The notes under the pieces were generated by a model. It was given only the letters and a program-made list of their open reading frames with translations. It was not told the origin of the DNA and ran no database searches. The translations under genes were made by a program, and so were the position numbers. 23,578 nt of DNA from Trypethelium eluteriae. Its lineage: Eukaryota. Where the stretch lies: contig JAVECL010000035.1 in NCBI GenBank assembly GCA_051942245.1, positions 62,001 to 85,578 of the forward strand, read 5' to 3'. Of this stretch, positions 1-10,633 are shown piece by piece (the stretch's first letter is position 1; every line of letters starts with the position of its first letter).

Positions 1-51
1 ACTGATTCCATTCTTCCAATCTTTTCCAAAAACCATACATTCTCTTCCACC

Positions 52-780
52 ATGCAGCTCACACTCCTGACACTCTCTGCCATTCTGGCATTCGCCAATG
101 CGATCCCTACCGCTACTCACAAACACGCCCCCAGAGGTATACCCTAACCGCTCTTACCCATGGCCTTCTCCTCCCAATAGTAAGGCTTCCGTACTGACGC
201 TCTCGGCTACAGAGCCTCAACTCGGCGGCGGCGCAGGCGGCTTGCTCGGTGGTCTTGGCGGCGGTGCTGCTGCCCCAACTGGCGCCGCTGGCTCTGATCC
301 TCTTGGAGGTCTTGGTGGAGCTCTCGGTGGTATGTCTCCCTCATTTCTCTTCCTGATATCTCTCCTTTGTTATTCGTTCTCCCCAGTGCGTGCTTCACAT
401 GCTAAATTAATACTCTGTATAGGTCTCGGGGGTGGATCTGGTACCGGCGGTGGAGCAGGTGGCCTAGGCGGCTTACTCGGCGGACTCGGAGGTGGGAGCA
501 CGGGCGCAGGTGCTGGGGGCTTGGGCGGACTTGGTGGGCTCGGAGGAGGCAGCACGGGTGCGGGTGCTGGTGCTGGCGGCTTAGGCGGTCTTACTGGAGG
601 TGAGTGAATACTTTATGGAGGTCCTTGCACATTGTTGGGTTGCTTACCAAGTGACTTGCAGGCCTCAAGGAGCGTAGTAAGGTGGATGACGCGACCGCGA
701 AGGCAGCGAACTACCTTCGCGAGCGTGCTGCTGAGCTTGAGAGACGCGCGATCGAGGGTGACGCCGAGGCTGAGGAATAG
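52..780 (+). CDS. Small secreted Gly/Leu-rich repeat protein, 165 aa; exons 52-136, 213-329, 423-599, 662-780
   Basis: ATG at 52 (ccaccATG) opens a signal peptide, MQLTLLTLSAILAFANA-IPT. Three phase-1 introns are 137-212 (GTATAC..CTGAC..CAG), 330-422 (GTATGT..TAG) and 600-661 (GTGAGT..CAG). Splicing gives a 498-nt open frame: HKHAPR-EPQ, then GGLGG-type repeats, then LKERSKVDDATAKAANYLRERAAELERRAIEGDAEAEE and TAG at 778-780. Confidence 0.85.
423..599 (+). repeat. Degenerate coding tandem repeat (GGLGG[L]LGGLGGGSTGAGA-like units)
   Basis: ctcggaggtgggagcacgggcgcaggtgct and ctcggaggaggcagcacgggtgcgggtgct are near-copies differing mostly at synonymous positions. GGLGG recurs through exons 2 and 3. 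Confidence 0.8.
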
Positions 781-2061
781 GTTCCCTGCGACAACTTCCA
801 AGTGTTGCTGAGACGGCACATCCGCATGTTCAGAGCAGCGGTGGTACGAATGTCAACGTTTCTATGACGCTTGTAAAAAGAGGGACTGTCTGAGATGTAC
901 GATCTTTAGGTTCTGCGAACCTTTTGTTGATTGAACATACAATAAAGCTGAGTATCGCTTGCTCACCTTCTCTTCTCCTTTATCACTTAATGAGGTACTT
1001 ATTTGCAACGGAAACCTCCTGTCTCTTTCCACTCACCAACTTCCTCCTTGCTGCTGCCAGATCATTGACGGTCTATCGCGTGTATCATTGCCATTGTCCC
1101 TTTGACCTCCCTTGCCTAGCAATCCAACACGCATATGAGGGTCGCCATCTCCACATCGCAATTGACGTAGAAAAAGACGCCTCACGTCGACCATGATTCT
1201 CATCTTCCACTTCGTGTTCTTGCCAATGTACCACAAGACCAAGCCGAGCAAGAATTCTACCATTGCCAAGTCCAGGAGTACCAGCGGGATCTATGCGAAT
1301 GCCAGATCTCTTCGCGTTAGAGATTGCTGATCCTCGAAGCGAAAAGGAAACAGTCGTAATCATCGCCGAAAAATCGGCCGTCGGCGCAAAGCTGCTGAGA
1401 AGTCCGACAGCGGCGCGGCCCCAAGGAGAGGAGGTGGGATGAAATTCGTGAAAAGTCAGAACTGCTAATGACAATCCAGTCGAGTGCCGAGACTACATGT
1501 GCCGCAGATTTTCAGCTTTATAAGCCACGCCACAAAGTTGCCAGAGATCTTGTGTCTTTTGATATTTCGTCACATCTGGATGAGAAGTGCTTTGCCAAGG
1601 ATCGGATTTCCAAGCAAGGACCTTATCGAATCCCATGACGCATGTTGGTTGACAACAAGGGTACCTCAATCCGGATTCCACATCGGCGTGCTCGAGGCCA
1701 ACTAGCTCGAATAACTATAGCTCGGGTCCCTAGACATGATATCTGTAGTACCTGGTCTATGAGGGGATCTCCGAGAGCTGAGTAAGGTAATGTAGAGGTC
1801 GGAGTCTCAGGACTCTTATAAGGCTCATTCGGGGATGCGCTAAGCTTGTAGCCATGGTAGGGCCGAAGTCAGATTCATTCTATATCGATTCGGTGAAGCA
1901 TGCAATCGCGCTGTTATGACACAGTCGATCATATGAGAAGGTTGACACTGGGCACGTGCTGGAAATGGGTTCCTCTTTCTGAAGAACCATTGCTAGTTAT
2001 TATTGTCTTGATTCCTGACTGCTTCTAAGGACTCACCAATAGGCAGCCCACTATTCTGCGT

Positions 2062-3248
2062 TTACTTGTCGAGCCTCATATCCCTTGTCACCGTGATAAC
2101 CCCTGGGTTCGTATCGTCTTTGCTGCTATTCAAGTCTTTCAACTCGTTAGCAGGCCCTTCCGCCCAGATGCCATCTTCGACCTCGTCGATCGGTGTGCTA
2201 CTCATCCTCAAGTCTCGCCTTGTTTCACTCTCGTGTGTTCTGCCATGCCTTGACGACCTTTCTTCACTCGTCGTGGGCTTTGTAAGATGCAGTTTCATGA
2301 GGACTCGGCGGAAGAGTTTGCCGTAGGTTGGGAGGCAAACGCTGACTAAACCCACAGGCGATTCGGAATCAGACCAAAGGCCAAGGTCCACCAAGTTCCA
2401 AGTAATGTCGTCCTTCACGGGCTGCAGCGCGTAATGCAAGCGAACGATAGAGATTACAGTTACTCTAGTATAGATATTAGCCGATCATGATCGAGTAAAG
2501 GGAGTTTGTTCAGGGATGCTCACAAGCCTCCCATCATAAAGATACCAATCAGGGCGGCCCTTGAGCTCCGCGGCAGTTTAATTCCCCACACGAGTGGGAC
2601 TGCCAGACCCAGGATAATAAGATCGAAAATAACAGTAGGTATGGATTGACCGAGGAACAGTGCTTCCTGACTGATACACTTTCCGGATATATCCTGATCC
2701 CAGAACTTATGGACAGGACTGCACTGGAAAAGGGCAATGCATTCGATGATGATTAGCCAGATACCAATCGCGGCAGAAAGCATCCACGTCATAAATCTGA
2801 GTCGCCTATCATGAGGAAACACTCGTACATAAAATAGCAGAAGCGCTATTTTGAAGAAGACTAGACCCGGGGCGTAGACAGCGAGTTGAAGATAGAGCTG
2901 CTTGAAGTATTCTGGAAGATTTTCGTTGGGGAGGGTCGCAAGATGAACGCCTTGGCCTGCTCGCACGACTAAGAGATGTGAGTATTACATTAGGTAGGAT
3001 GTGCAAATAGAGCTCGATGTAAACTCACACTCTCCGCTCAGGACGTTGATGGCTAATGAGTAAGGAAGTCCAATGAGGGTGATCCAGTCATCCCACCAAA
3101 GGCCTACTCCAGATTCTATGCGAGCATAGAAGCGCAACGCGACGGCCGCCATTGCAAGTATACCCATTGCTACATTTTCAGCAACGATTCCAGGCCTTCG
3201 GTCCTCCGAGCAGAATTGAGCAGAGTGATTTTGCAAGCAAGCATCCAT
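2062..3248 (-). CDS. PTH11-like / fungal rhodopsin-family multi-pass membrane protein without a CFEM domain, 355 aa; exons 3248-3029, 2968-2524, 2464-2062
   Basis: Family-typical motifs are AVALRFYAR..GLWWDDW, FFKIALLLFYVRVF, FQCSPVHKFWD..GKC, DLIILGLAVPLVWGIKLP, ISIVRL, DITWN and WSDSE..VCLPT. Introns 3028-2969 (GTGAGT..TTAG, 60 nt) and 2523-2465 (GTGAGC..GCTAAT..TAG, 59 nt) join three ORF-track fragments in frame. Confidence 0.9.
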
Positions 3249-4999
3249 TGAGTAGAAGCGCGCCAGGCGCTTGGTCACAAGGTGTGCTACCTGTGACGAG
3301 GCTCAATGGCAAAGGTTCGCCAGTAAAGGAGGGAACTTTGAGAAAGGCCCAACCACATGGGATGGACGCAATCCTGCAGAGATGGAGCCATTTAGTACGT
3401 GGTCCAGAGCTTACCCACCATCTTTGACCGCATAGCTACTAGAGGTGCTGACAGCCCTGCAAACTATGCTTGCCTGCTTGCTAGCTTGATCTAATGCAGG
3501 CACTTCACAGATCCAAGCGAATGGAGTCGATGACTGCTCATAACCCCGCACGGTAGGCATCGCATCTTTTTGCTCTTGCATCGTGAGGCCCCCCATATAC
3601 CTCTTGCGAAGACGGGCGAAGCAACTGCTTGGTGGTTGAGTGACAATCTATGCGCTCAAAGATGTGGTTATGAGATGCGGTGAGGTGGATTGTGTACGTG
3701 TAGCTGTAGAGTACTGCGGCACGGCAGGAGCGGGAAGGATCAAAAGGGAGACGGTGCGCCCCGGCCTCGCTTAAGCGCGACCTCATGTCTGTCGGAAGCC
3801 CTTCAACTGCCGTCTCCCTTTCCACCTTCTCCTATACGTCACTACCCTTTCCGAAACGCCAACAGGGCACATCCTCGACAGTTGTCGGTTCGACAGGATA
3901 ATGCAATCGCTATTTGTAGGCGCGTTCTGAATGGGATTGTGCACTCGATCCAGAACTGCCGTACCGTGCCTCATGTCTGGGCCCCAGTACCTGGTTTGAG
4001 CTAAGTGTGATAAGTTTAATCCCAGCCATCGCCCATTCTTCTTCATTGGGAATTTGACATGGATTGCAAATTGAAGAATGTTATGCATCAGTATTCGTTC
4101 GGAGTCACCCGTCTTATTGGTTGCAAAGGATTCTCAGTTGCGGTGCGAGGTGGTCTCTAACCTCCAACACGGCCACTTTGCTAAGTTTCCGACAAGGGGA
4201 TGCTCCATCCTTCCAAAATGTCGTCAACGACGAGTATTTCTTACAGCAATATGCACGACCTCCACTGATCTTCCGGGATATGCAGGTGCTGTGGACACGA
4301 AGGAGCTTTGAATGAGTTGATCCATGCCATGAATCGTGTCAAAAAACACAGAATTGGAGCCATGAAGGCTCTCTTTTGAAAGAAGAGGTTGATAGATCAA
4401 CCCCTTTCCCGACCATTGAATTGCCTCGGAAGGAGATTTGAAGCCACGGTAACGACCATTTGTGTCACTAAAGCGAGGCACCGACTCTGTGCACTTTCTG
4501 CCACACGGCATTAAATGCCTTTTTAGGTGCGTGAAAAGCACTGACTCTCGGCTACGCCTTTGGCTGTACAGAATCGTGTAAAAATGTCCTTTGGGTCTTA
4601 ACGGATCTTTGACGCAATAAGCCAGCGTTACCCGGGGATGCGGGGAGGCACCAGGAAGCAAAACCACAAGGTCTGGGAAACAGCTGCAATTTGGCAAGCG
4701 AAGGAAGGACAAGTAACAAAACGATCGGATTCAGTGTTGATTATTCAGATGCTGGACTGTCGGCGATGTCCGTTTTCTGGAGTTTCCGCGGATGTCAGGA
4801 GCACAATGTGCACGGTAGAGTACTTATCTTACAGGGTTGGAATCGCTCGAAACTTCTGTCCATTAGGATGCCTGATGCAACTCATAATTGGTAGAAACAC
4901 TGGTTTCTGTGGCCCCCAAAACTTTTGAGCTTATCTTCGACCTGCCTAATTCCATTCTCATCCTGTTCCCTGTCATTTAATTTGCTGGCTGACTGAAGC

Positions 5000-6673
5000 A
5001 TGCTTTGCCAAGTTTTATTTTTCCTCTACTTCAGTCGAGCGGTCAATAGCTTTCGTGCGCCGTATTTTGTTCCAGAAGGGCGTTTGGTGCCGGACACTTA
5101 TATCGTACGCCTTCGGGAGAACTATGGACTTCAGCAACATTTTGAACACTGTGGGACCGACTTGTCGGTCTTAAGTCCTGAATTTAGAACGATTCCTTTG
5201 TTAAATAGGTGAAGACCACGAGCTGGTAGCTTAATGTACTGATATCGAGTGTTGGCTGATACTTTAGTAGTTACCGGGTACAACTAGATAACGCTACAGT
5301 TGAGCGCCTTATCCGTACCGATCCTGGCGTTGAATATATCGAGCATGACGTCTACTTTGCGGGCCAAACTTTCACGGACACCGCTTTTGGAAATAGTACA
5401 ATCCAAAACGCCCACTCAGATTTGGACCTAACGACCACAAATCATAGTAAACGGTGGGATACGGAAAAAATTGCTGATGCTGGCTGGGCTTTACAGATGA
5501 TTACAGTAGCGAAGAAGCTGAACCTTGACGGGCGAGACAAGACTATCAGAACGCTTAGAAATCCAGGCGCAGGCGTAAATGCATATGTGCTAGACACAGG
5601 CGTGCGTATTACGCACAACGCCTTTGGTGTACTGCTATCCGTAGCCAAACACTGCAACAACCTACTGAACAAATTTGAATAGGGCCGTGCATCAAATTTT
5701 CGCAGTATGACAAGAACAGAATACTGTCCACCTGGCAGTGTCAACACGGATATGGGCGACGATAGCACTTACTCTCACGGCACAGCTGTAAGCTTCGATG
5801 CTCAACACCCTTCTCAACCATACCAACTGATGATCTCCAGGTGGCAAGCCTGGTTGCTGGTGGCAGTATGGGCCTAGGTATTTCCTTTGCCAACGCCATT
5901 AATGTTAAAGTGTGTTGCGACTGTTTAGGGCAGAATATATCTATGTCATCGTCTGGCGTTGCACTGGCCTTCATGGATATTACCGAAGACCACGAGGCTA
6001 TTGTCCGATCTGCGCAAGAGGGATTCAAAGGCTCCATCATAAACTTATCATTTACAGGTCCCCATTCGCTGACTATAGAAGCGGCAATCCGCAAGGCTAA
6101 AAGTTCCGGAATAACTGTGGTCGTGCCAGCTACTAATGATCCGTGAGTTCCCAACTCTTATTCATTAGCTCGCTCAGCTTATACAACCATAGACATCTTC
6201 TTACGTCCCAAGACTTTCCATGTAACCTGGCTGAGACAATATGCGTGGCATCTTGTGATTTTCTTTACCAATTCTATGACTACTCAGCATATGGTGACGA
6301 CATCGATATTATTGCACCTGGAAAGACTATAAAAGTTGCTATTGCGAGTGATAACAATGCCATTCACTTCTTAGCCGGTTGGTTTCGGTATTTCTCACCG
6401 CACTCTCAGCTGAAACTTCTAGGTAATTCATTCGCTTCTCCTATTGTAACAAGCGTACTTTCGAATTTCATGGGACACGAAGGTCTTACAAACGATCCCA
6501 AGACTGTCCGCAAACGTATGCTTGATAATAGCATTAGGAATGTCATCACCAAACTACCTCCTTCGACAATTGTTGGGAGGAGGAGATTAGTGAAGACTCC
6601 TAATCGATTAATCAGTATTCCAACTAACCGGGACCATCCTCGTGGACCCCCTTATATCGGTGCGCCGTACTAA
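5000..6673 (+). CDS. Secreted subtilisin-like serine protease (S8A, proteinase K-like) with I9 propeptide, about 469 aa; exons 5000-5208, 5271-5628, 5683-5787, 5841-6142, 6193-6377, 6423-6673
   Basis: Signal peptide followed by an I9-like propeptide (VPDTYIVRL..IRTDPGVEYIEHD). Catalytic motifs are Asp (AYVLDTGV), His (SHGTAVASLVAG, formed across intron 5788-5840), Ser (LAGNSFASP) and the oxyanion Asn (VVVPATN); IINLSF and DIIAPG are also present. All five introns are GT-AG and restore the frame. The intron 1 acceptor is a tandem TAGTAG (5265-5270), so one codon is uncertain. Confidence 0.88.
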
Positions 6674-7071
6674 CATAGTCAGAGAGTAAAGAGAATATCC
6701 TTAGCTATCCGACTCGGGTATCAAGACTGGAGGATTTAAGATGTAAAGGACATCATTGAATATCTAGGCCGGGAAAATTCAGGTACTTTGGGAATGTACA
6801 GAACGATGCATCCATTGCAGACAAGTACGTCATGATAGTCGTTGTATATCCAGATGCTAGTGGTGTTTTAATGTGAGCGTATTTCTAGCACCACTGTCAC
6901 GTTATTCTGTCATCAAACGCCGCATTTTCGTTCGTCGTCACTTGAAAGCATTCATTCCTTGGCTGGACTGCGATTCTAGTGCTCATGCTGACTTTGCGAG
7001 ACCTAGCTCCCACTGAGGACCGAGAATGGAGATCTCGTAGGCCTGATTAGACTAATGCCCATGCTATCGGA

Positions 7072-8904
7072 TTACTGTATGCCCCAGACACCCAAGACAT
7101 CCCTTCTCCCTTCCAAGTTCACTCTATCTCCTCCATGATTCTGTCTCTCGAGCTTCTTCACCCGCCTGACTAGGGCACCAACACATAATGGTCCGATCAA
7201 GGTGCAGAGCACGATTGCCCATGTTACCAACAAGAAAAGTTCCGATTCCGAGGCATTCGAAGCGTCGGGTGGTCTGATGTCAAAGATACCATTACTCTGA
7301 GCAAGTGCTGAAATGAGGAATCCGATTTCACCACGAGCTGCCATCGCTGAAGCTAGAATAGCAGGGGGATACAGGGAGCGAGGCTTGCGCGGCGAACGAG
7401 ATGTTAGCCGAGAGCATGGCTCCTGTTGCTTCTACTCGTTGTCAACCCCATGTGAAGGCATAGGTGGAGTGTCTGTATTAGAATCCGGAACTGCCTTCCC
7501 TTGTCGCTTAATGGCCGTTGTGCCTGAAGCCTTGTCATTCGAGGGCGGCGTACTTTGTAAGCTTCGATTGGAGCGTTTGCTGACTGATTGCTTCTTAGGC
7601 AGTCCCCAGCAAACCAGTCTCAGGGTGGGACGTATCTGCAATTGCGGCAGCTGCGGCACCGTGATTCGCACCAGCCAGATGCCGCATACCAATTTTCCTA
7701 TTGCCATCAAGATGGTATAAACTGCCCCTTTCCAAATTACCGTGCTCGAGAAGATTCTTGAGATAGGAATAGAAAAACCGACTGAGGTAAAGAAGAAGGG
7801 CTTGAGAATCCGTTGGACGGCTAGTTTGTAAAAGCGTTCATAAATCGCGGCTCCCGATGTCTCACTTTCGGAAAGCTTATTAGTAGGAGACGGTTGAGGA
7901 TCATGTACAGAATGCTGTTCGCATGTGTGCTGCGATGACGATACTTCGCCTGGACTATCCTGAATCTCAGCAGTCTCTCTTGTCGAGAGGCTAGGACCAC
8001 GTGATTCAGGCATTTCCATTTCTTGAGGTAAATTTGGTACGACGTGAGGAACCTCAGTATCCCACCAGCTAATGATTGCGCCAGCCAAATAAGCTGCAAA
8101 TAGGTTCGAGGTACCTGCATAGGACGCCGCAGTGGTAAGCGCTACAAGCAGCGCCGTATGTATGGCTAGAGCGGTTTCGCATCGCGATAGAATCTGGTTG
8201 ACTCTCCCATGAGGTTTGGCTTCCCTCAGTCGATTCAAAGCATTTGTGACAGGTTTCACCACCGACCTGCATGCTACAGGTACGAATACAGCAAATGCCA
8301 AGCTTACCAGAACAGGTCTGATAGTTACCACGGCCGTAACGGAGGCTTTTGCCCCTCCAAGATTCGACACAACCTGCACCATGACCAGGCCTACCACATC
8401 GTCCATCATGGCCGCGCTCACCAGTACAACGCCGAGACGAGTTTTGGTCAGCCCGCTGGTGTGCAGGACCGTAAATGTTGTTCCGAGGCTGGTCGAACAT
8501 AGCGCAGCACCAGCAGCAAAGGCTTGCAGGTAGGTGGCATTAGCCAGAGAGGTCAGCACGAACGAGAGCGCAATCGGAATACTAATGCCTGTCAAGGCCA
8601 CGCAAATGGAAAGGAGGAGGTTGGCCTTCAACGCGCTAAAGGATGTAGACAGGCCGCCATCAAAGACTAGGAGAATTAGACCTAGATATCCCAACTCAAT
8701 AATGGTCGCTTCTGCTGTCTCTGAAAGCCATTTGCTACCTGGTGTGCCCCAAGCTACACCAAGCAAGACTTGCCCAATGAGGTCACAATAGAGCAGCTTG
8801 TCTAGGCAGTAGTTGAGGACATTGGCGAATAAGAGGAATGATGACAGGACGAGGATGGTAATGATATCAGGCTCGACATACGGTAAGGAGGTAGAAGCAG
8901 CCAT
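7072..8904 (-). pseudogene. Cation/H+ antiporter (Na_H_Exchanger, CPA2/Kef-KHA-like) interrupted by one in-frame TAG at 7434-7432; either a pseudogene or a recoded gene
   Basis: ATG at 8904 (MAASTSLPYVEP). There are many TM helices and CPA motifs: ALCSTSLGTT, AAMMDDVVGL, LFAAYLAG, PFFFTSVGF, GKLVCG. ORFs 8937-7432 and 7344-7072 share a frame, and the linker reads E*KQQEPCSRLTSRSPRKPRSLYPPAILASA-MAARGEIGFLIS. The family call is confident; the pseudogene status is not. Confidence 0.7.
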
Positions 8905-8973
8905 AACGTGATTGGAGAAGGTAATCCTATAGCGCAAAGCAAGGCTTGATGGGAATGCTTGATGTATGTAAGG

Positions 8974-9073
8974 TCAGACCGTATTCCTCATCACATGCTT
9001 AGAAGGAAGAAATTGCCGAATTTGGGACCTCCGGAAATTAGTGACGACGAAGACAGTTGAGCCGGCGCTCCAT
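8974..9073 (-). promoter_or_regulatory. Three candidate uORFs upstream of the antiporter: MERRLNCLRRH* (9073-9038), ATG-TGA-TGA start-stop (8996-8988) and MRNTV* (8991-8974)
   Basis: Read directly on the minus strand within 170 nt of the ATG at 8904. Whether they lie in the mRNA is unknown. Confidence 0.4.
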
Positions 9074-10633
9074 AGGGACTGGACTGTAAGTGGCGTGTAG
9101 ATTGTGACTCGAATGTATCGTATGAACGACTTTTGAGGCCTGCAGAATCAGAAATTCAAGGGTCGAAGGCTGTCCACACCAGAATTGAAGTCGAAGGCTC
9201 AGCCTGTGGGTTGAGATCCAGTGTAACTTTGTCTTTGATAGGGATGCTGTTGGCCTGACGGGAGTAAAATTGCCATTATGCTGTCTGACTTCAAAGAGAG
9301 ATGTGTGGAAATAACGCCATGCAGTGAACAGAAGCTCTCAGTTGCACTGGTGTATCTGAAAGCTCACGTTGGTAATAGATAACAAAGATAGTATCAGGAT
9401 AGAAACACTGGCCGAAGTGCGTCATAACGGTACTAAGCGGCAGCGAAGCTCCGACCTACCCAGAAACCAAATTTCCTGACTCCTTCCTCCATTCCTGCGT
9501 GGCTGTGCACGCAGAATCATGGTTCTCTTAAAGCATTGTTCGAAGCTATATCAGGAGATTGTTTGACAATGCAGGGCGCGGAGCTGCTCTGAGAAATCGG
9601 ATGGCGAGAGCGGAAACAGGACAGGTGCGTGCAGAGGAAGGACTTGGAAGTGGAGACAGACCATGCTTTCCCAAGAGGTCGAGCTTCTCAGTATTCGATC
9701 TCAGGAATGTGATGGCAGAACTAATCACCCTGCAAAAAACCACTTCAAGAGGCAAATCATCCTATTATGCCGTCCCTCGCCTTCTGGCCCAAACTATCCA
9801 TCAGTCGCAGCAAGACTTTGCGCATGCTTACATGAAATATTCATTATTGCGCCGTGCATGAGACGGAGACTGGATATAAGATTGTATACAGCGGCCAACC
9901 AGCTCACCAATCCCACGTCCCCGTATGGATTGACGCAAGCAAATCAAGGAGCGAGCATTATGTCGCCATCTGAAATTCGTAAATAACGGAAGATGCACTT
10001 GGTTTGAGGGCAGGTCCTGGGAGAGAGAAGTCCTCTGAAAAGGCTCAGTGAGGTTAGAGGCGGCCAATGTATCGAGAAAAGCCACCAGAGAGCGTGTTGG
10101 TCCCCTCAGGAAGCGAAAGATCAAGGGACGAGGTACAGGGCATTATGGAAATGGCTGTCATGATGAGCGTGATCTTCCGGACGCAAGAGATGCGTGGCTG
10201 GGATGGGAAACGGCAAAAAATAAGGGTAGGGAAGTAAGTTGCTTGGGGATGAAGTTGTAACAGGGTATAGGTAGTGGTGCTGTCATGTCTAGAGACTTTG
10301 TCGTATGGTCGTATGGCAGTTGGATTTGCTCACATCATTAGCAAACGATTTGGATTAGTATTTGATGTTGAGATGATGGCAAACAAGCCATTCAGTCAAT
10401 GAGTAGTCTTTACGAATCGTGTCTTGGGCGGTCTTTAGCATGAAATCGAGATAGGCAATATCGACATAGCAGCAGGCGAAAAAAGCGCACCCAACATATA
10501 CGAAAGTTATAGATGATATAGGATGTGAAAGGATGGTCAGGGAATATCAGGTGTTAAGGGGGATGCTAAATCGCACCAAAGGCGATCGAGCCTCACTCAG
10601 AAAGCGTGAATATTCCGGTAACTCGCAGCATTA

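Noticed and set aside
98..607. ORF-track 169-aa protein starting at 98, and the antisense Pro-rich ORF 370-555
   Set aside because: The first reads through introns of the gene starting at 52. The second is the reverse complement of the Gly codons.
924..1474. Overlapping short ORFs, including a + frame 924-1442 with one internal TGA
   Set aside because: No recognisable motif or convincing splice model. A decayed gene cannot be excluded without a search.
3300..4990. ORFs of 60-160 aa on both strands between the PTH11-like gene and the subtilase
   Set aside because: No recognisable domains, and many use non-ATG starts. They could be pseudogene debris, but I cannot support that.
7384..7435. 52-nt intron (GTAGAA..GCTAAC..AAG) that would remove the antiporter stop
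   Set aside because: It is not a multiple of 3 and would frameshift the conserved C-terminus.
7313..8791. Plus-strand ORFs over the antiporter
   Set aside because: Antisense shadows of a codon-biased gene.
9546..10260. ORFs 9559-9861, 9663-9986 and neighbours
   Set aside because: No motif or gene structure; treated as intergenic.
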